A stretch of 63,906 bases of DNA, the filler included, from Neoconidiobolus thromboides FSU 785 (taxonomy: Eukaryota; Fungi; Entomophthoromycota): assembly GCA_025603075.1 (NCBI GenBank). It is 10 parts of 10 records of this genome, joined end to end, with 100 filler letters (N's around TTAATTAATTAA, not from the genome) between each part and the next. Parts side by side here need not be neighbours in the genome. Positions count along the whole stretch, not along the records: positions 58,228 to 60,329 come from MU626882.1; positions 60,430 to 62,598 come from MU626872.1; positions 62,699 to 63,906 come from MU627018.1; 7 more parts are not named here. The stretch is one strand, 5' to 3'. This document shows, in pieces, positions 60,229 to 63,906 of the stretch. Under the pieces are notes generated by a model. The model had not been told where the DNA came from. It did not search any database and saw only the letters and a list, made by a program, of their open reading frames with translations. The position numbers and the translations under genes were made by a program. Each line of letters starts with the position of its first letter. Position 1 is the first letter of the stretch.

Positions 60229-60941
60229 ATGGCCACAGCTGCTTTTTCACAATATATAACCCAGACAGTATATCCCGAAATGTGCAAGGTTTCTTTAGCC
60301 TTGGCTTTGATGATTGTATTAACAATGATNNNNNNNNNNNNNNNNNNNNNNNNNNNNNNNNNNNNNNNNNNNNTTAATTAATTAANNNNNNNNNNNNNNN
60401 NNNNNNNNNNNNNNNNNNNNNNNNNNNNNATGATGAACAATATGCTAGAATGTTTAACTTTTATGCAAACAACCTACTTATGATTATTTGTATGGTTTAT
60501 TTACTGACAATTGTGATTTTAGTTGTTTTCAAATTACGTAAACAAACGGGAATAGTAAAAAATTTCAGACTATTTCGTGGATCAAGATCTTCCATAGAAG
60601 CAACAAAAAGTGTGAAACTTATGGGCTTTAGAATGTATTTTAATCTTTTAAATAATGTGTTTACTAATTCATGATTCAGCTTGCTTTATCCATCAATTAT
60701 GATCTTTACACACCTTGGACTGGTACTTACGAAATCAATTTATGACTTTACTGGTAAGATTTCTCCAGGCGCAGATACATTTGCATATATTTCTGGGGGG
60801 ATGTTAGGTATTCTTAACTTTACTGCTTTCTGTTGCGATCCTACTATCCATTCTGCATTCAGGAAAATATATTTAAGATTAAGTACTAGGAATAAATTTC
60901 GAGACCCTACAGATAGTAAGAATATTTTTATATTTACATAA
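60229..60941 (+). CDS. cAMP-receptor/Git3-like GPCR spanning an assembly gap
   Basis: Start MATAAFSQY... before the gap; frame open after the gap; intron 60635-60679 joins the two track ORFs into ...MGFRILLYPSIMIF...GMLGILNFTAFCCDPTIH (TM6-TM7 pattern). Joining across the gap assumes the scaffold order is real. Confidence 0.65.
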
Positions 60942-61496
60942 ATAAAGCCTAAACTAATTTACTCTAGTCAATATGAAATCTAAGTTCTTTTCTGTCAATA
61001 TTGATTTGGATAATTTTGCTAGCTCTGATTCCTCAGCAGCTCTTACACCTGAGGAAGCTTTTGATAAAAAGCTTGAGGCATTCCTTCGAACTTTATAACT
61101 CCGATATGACATATTTAAATAGTAAATGGTATATTTAGGATAAGGTTTTTTCAGATGTTAAAATTTTTTTTTTTACAATAGCATAAAAAACAAATTGAAA
61201 TAGATAAGCTAGAGCTCAATATCTTTTGTGATTTTTGTTTTCACTTTTATTTTGTTTTATAACTGTTATAACTCTTTTTACAGCTTTTTTAGTGGTAATA
61301 TTATAGTTAAATTATATGTGCAATCGATTGATCTTTTTGAAGCTTGATCTTTGTTTAAGTATAACATAAATAATTAATTATAAGCAAATGAACAATTTAT
61401 AGTCCAGCTAGTCGAGCTCAATTCTAAAATAAATAACGGTTTATTTAAAAGTAAATTTTTTTGGCAAAATTTAAAGTCAACAATTTTTTACCATAT

Positions 61497-61597
61497 GGGG
61501 CTGTTTTTTTTAGTTTCATTATTTTTCCATTTTTTAAGCACTATTATTTATGTGGAAAAATTGTCAGTAAAATTCTTAAATACAAAAATACATCCCC
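61497..61597 (+). mobile_element. MITE copy (first of a tandem pair)
   Basis: ATAT-MITE-ATAT-MITE-ATAT arrangement with 61602-61699. Confidence 0.92.
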
Positions 61598-61601
61598 ATA
61601 T

Positions 61602-61699
61602 GGTGATGTTTTTTTTGATTTCATTCTTTTTCCATTTTTTAAGCGCTATTTGAGTAGAAAAATTGTTAGTAAAATTCTTAATCACAAAAAAGCATCTCC
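61602..61699 (+). mobile_element. MITE copy (second of a tandem pair)
   Basis: Flanks ATAT/ATAT. Confidence 0.9.
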
Positions 61700-61803
61700 A
61701 TATTCTAATAGAACGTAATTTATAAATTAACTAAAGCTAGCTTTTTATGATAATTCCAACTGATAAATTGCTTTTATACCATTAGATTTGAACTTTAAAA
61801 ATT

Positions 61804-61902
61804 GGGGATGTATTTTTGCGTTTGAGAATTTTACTAATAATTTTTCTACTCAAATAATGCTTAAAAGATATAAAAAGTAATGAAGTCAAAAAAAATATCC
61901 CC
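61804..61902 (-). mobile_element. MITE copy
   Basis: Flanks AATT/AATT. Confidence 0.92.
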
Positions 61903-62193
61903 AATTCTTAACATTTTAACCTTTTTTTATTTTAATATTATGCATCTAATATTTTTTATTCTAATATGTTTTTAATAAATAATAACTTGACATTATTAAT
62001 GTAAAAATAAGATATCAGCAATAATAATAATCAACATAACGACATGCTAGATTTTATTTCTTTAGAATTATAAACTCAAATGAAAATCAACTATTTAAAT
62101 AACTAGCTTTAAAAGTCACTATTATTTATTTTAGAATTGAGTTGGATTAGCTACAAAAGAGAATTTTAAAAAACCGATTATTTATTTGTGTAT

Positions 62194-62598
62194 AGTGAAA
62201 TCTGGTACTCAGTGTTTGGAGTCAAGAACAGCTATTGCTGGGTTGACTATATTGTAAGTCGAAAGGCCTTAGTTTATGTGACTAAGATAGACTTAGATTA
62301 TGAAGAATAGCATGTAATAGGTTACAAGCTATATAGGACAGATAGAATAGACAATACTAATGTAAATCTACGTAGGATATTATTAAGAAAACTTAGTGGC
62401 TTTATTAAATGTACGAGATGTCAGGAAATAATTAAGTTAAAAAGCCTCAAGCTATTATGTTTTAGAATCTCTTTTATACTCCGATAAGTATAAGTATCAA
62501 AAAGAGGGGAGAATATTCTTTGAGACGAAGATAGAAATTCTCATATCAAATCAAACTAAGAACGTGGGGTTGATTTTCTCTGAACTCGAGAACACAAC
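62194..62598 (-). mobile_element. LTR copy, partial (cut by gap)
   Basis: Reverse complement of the LTR family from its 3' end (GTGAAATCTGGTACTC) up to the gap. Confidence 0.75.
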
Positions 62599-62698
62599 NN
62601 NNNNNNNNNNNNNNNNNNNNNNNNNNNNNNNNNNNNNNNNNNTTAATTAATTAANNNNNNNNNNNNNNNNNNNNNNNNNNNNNNNNNNNNNNNNNNNN

Positions 62699-62792
62699 TC
62701 ACAACAATGTTTAATATAATGGCAAAGATAGAGTATATAAACATGACTATTTCGAAGGGAAGGGAGTAGCTATATTCTTTGGGTATGTACAT
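62699..62792 (-). CDS. Probable GPCR N-terminal fragment (TM1), cut by gap
   Basis: MYIPKEYSYSLPFEIVMFIYSIFAIILNIVV resembles the TM1 LLNFIVI segment of the 9671-10711 receptor; start codon choice uncertain. Confidence 0.45.
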
Positions 62793-63594
62793 GACAATTG
62801 TTTTTTGAGTTTCTTGATTAAAATAAGTTAAAAAATACAAAAGATAAAAGATAAAAATTATAAAGTGGATTTGGCTTATTTATTGGTTTCACTATGATTT
62901 AGTATAGTTGTAAAACTTTTTTCTGAAGCATGAATGTTCTTAAAGGTCTTGGTAGCTTAATATAGCCCAATTCTAGTTTTTTTGATGATTTAAATAATTT
63001 TGTTTTTTTTCAATATTCAAAGACTAGAGGCTTTATGCTTTTTACAGCTACTTTGATTTATTGAATGAATTCTTTTTGCATCGCTTGCTTTGGTATACTA
63101 AAAATGATTTGAGAATCTTGTTGATCATAAATTTTAATTGTAAACTAAATTTGAGTAACATTTACATTATATATAATACATATTTTAAAGGTATGTACTA
63201 GTATTGATATATATTCTATCATTTGTTTTAAATAGGTTATATTTTATATTAGTTATCCTCTTACTTTTTTCCCTCAATATAATATATAGGCTAGAATCGT
63301 GTACTGTGGTAATTAAGGTTATTATTGATTTTGGCAATAAAAATTAATGATTCAAGTGTTTAAAATTTTGTTATTTTCTAACTTTTATTAATGCCTAAAG
63401 TAAGGTTGTCAAAGCTTTGCTCATTTTATAACACAAGATTTTCTTCTTATCATAACTATCTCAAAAAAATAAAAAAAATAATGTAAATTTCTTGAATAAC
63501 AATCGAAAACGAAAGTAAGAAAAATATAAAATATTACAATGTAGATTAGTGTAATTTTAACCATAGAGGGATCAATTTTGTACCAACATTATAT

Positions 63595-63689
63595 GAGGAT
63601 ATATTTTTGTGTTTAAGAATTTACTAATTTTTCGCTCAAGTAGCATTTAAAAAAAATAGAAAAGTGATGAAGCCAAAAAAAGCATCCCT
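63595..63689 (-). mobile_element. MITE copy
   Basis: Flanks ATAT/ATAT. Confidence 0.88.
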
Positions 63690-63906
63690 ATATGTTTTGC
63701 CCATTTTTGCCTTTAATTGCCATTTGAATTTTTTACAATAGTTTGTTCAATTTTTTGTTTATATATATCTGTGATGGATTAGAAAAACTTTAGATATAAC
63801 ATTGTAAAAAAGAATAAACAAGCAATATGTTTTGATTTGTAAAATGCTACCCTTTGTCTAAGACTACCTGAACATTCCTTGAACCTTTGATTCAATTTGT
63901 AATAAT

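Noticed and set aside
1664-60287. Short AT-rich track ORFs at 1664, 27906, 28515, 38014, 51897, 58338 and 60054
   Set aside because: Low-complexity I/K/F/N-rich translations near the 60-aa cutoff with no motifs; expected by chance. 58338 and 60054 lie antisense to or beside the GPCR starts.
36035-60329. 95-bp terminal inverted repeats of two contigs as TIRs of a novel transposon
   Set aside because: The same exact 95-bp length recurs at 22882-22976 and 23077-23171, which fits assembler k-1 overlap; the repeats are coding starts of host genes and no TSD is observable.
22472-61718. Track ORFs 22472-22666, 33931-34119 and 61461-61718
   Set aside because: Chance read-through of MITE copies; the repeated peptide in 61461-61718 just reflects the MITE tandem.
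3648-62698. TTAATTAATTAA palindrome repeated nine times inside N runs
   Set aside because: Fixed 44N-12-44N layout with stops in all six frames: an artificial scaffold linker. Track ORFs containing X or ending in LIN are linker artefacts.
2085-63689. MITE copies as a CRISPR-like array or ncRNA family
   Set aside because: Dispersed, irregularly spaced, both orientations, with TIRs and TSDs; no cas genes, no tRNA A/B boxes, no poly(A) tail.

Overview
Very AT-rich eukaryotic DNA with short (~45-80 nt) GT-AG introns. The gene set (Zn2Cys6 factor, OLE1 with fused cytochrome b5, SulP, several GPCRs, INTS9) points to an early-diverging fungus, plausibly Zoopagomycota/Entomophthoromycotina; this is inference. 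The window is ten contigs joined by nine artificial 100-nt linkers (44 N + TTAATTAATTAA + 44 N). Genes with good support: a secreted HEXXH metalloprotease plus a paralog tail, INTS9, a rhodopsin-like GPCR, a Zn2Cys6 transcription factor, a PX+PB1 protein, a cytochrome b5-acyl-CoA dehydrogenase fusion, an 11-intron cytochrome P450, a SulP transporter, an ALYREF/Yra1-like RRM protein and OLE1. Fragments of NmrA-like, GPCR and Gly/Asn-rich genes sit at contig ends. The main unexplained structure is a DNA-transposon system. About 37 copies of a ~100-bp MITE have GGGG...CCCC termini and copy-specific 4-bp target duplications (mostly A-N-N-T). Remnants of a matching autonomous element share those termini and carry a decayed DDD transposase with WxD..HFKSxE and NFF...HGKS..DGHFG motifs, best matching a Sola-like family. 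A TG...CA solo-LTR family (5 copies) and decayed LINE sequence are also present. Two small contigs each carry head-to-head copies of the same gene start, with identity beginning within a few bases of the ATG.
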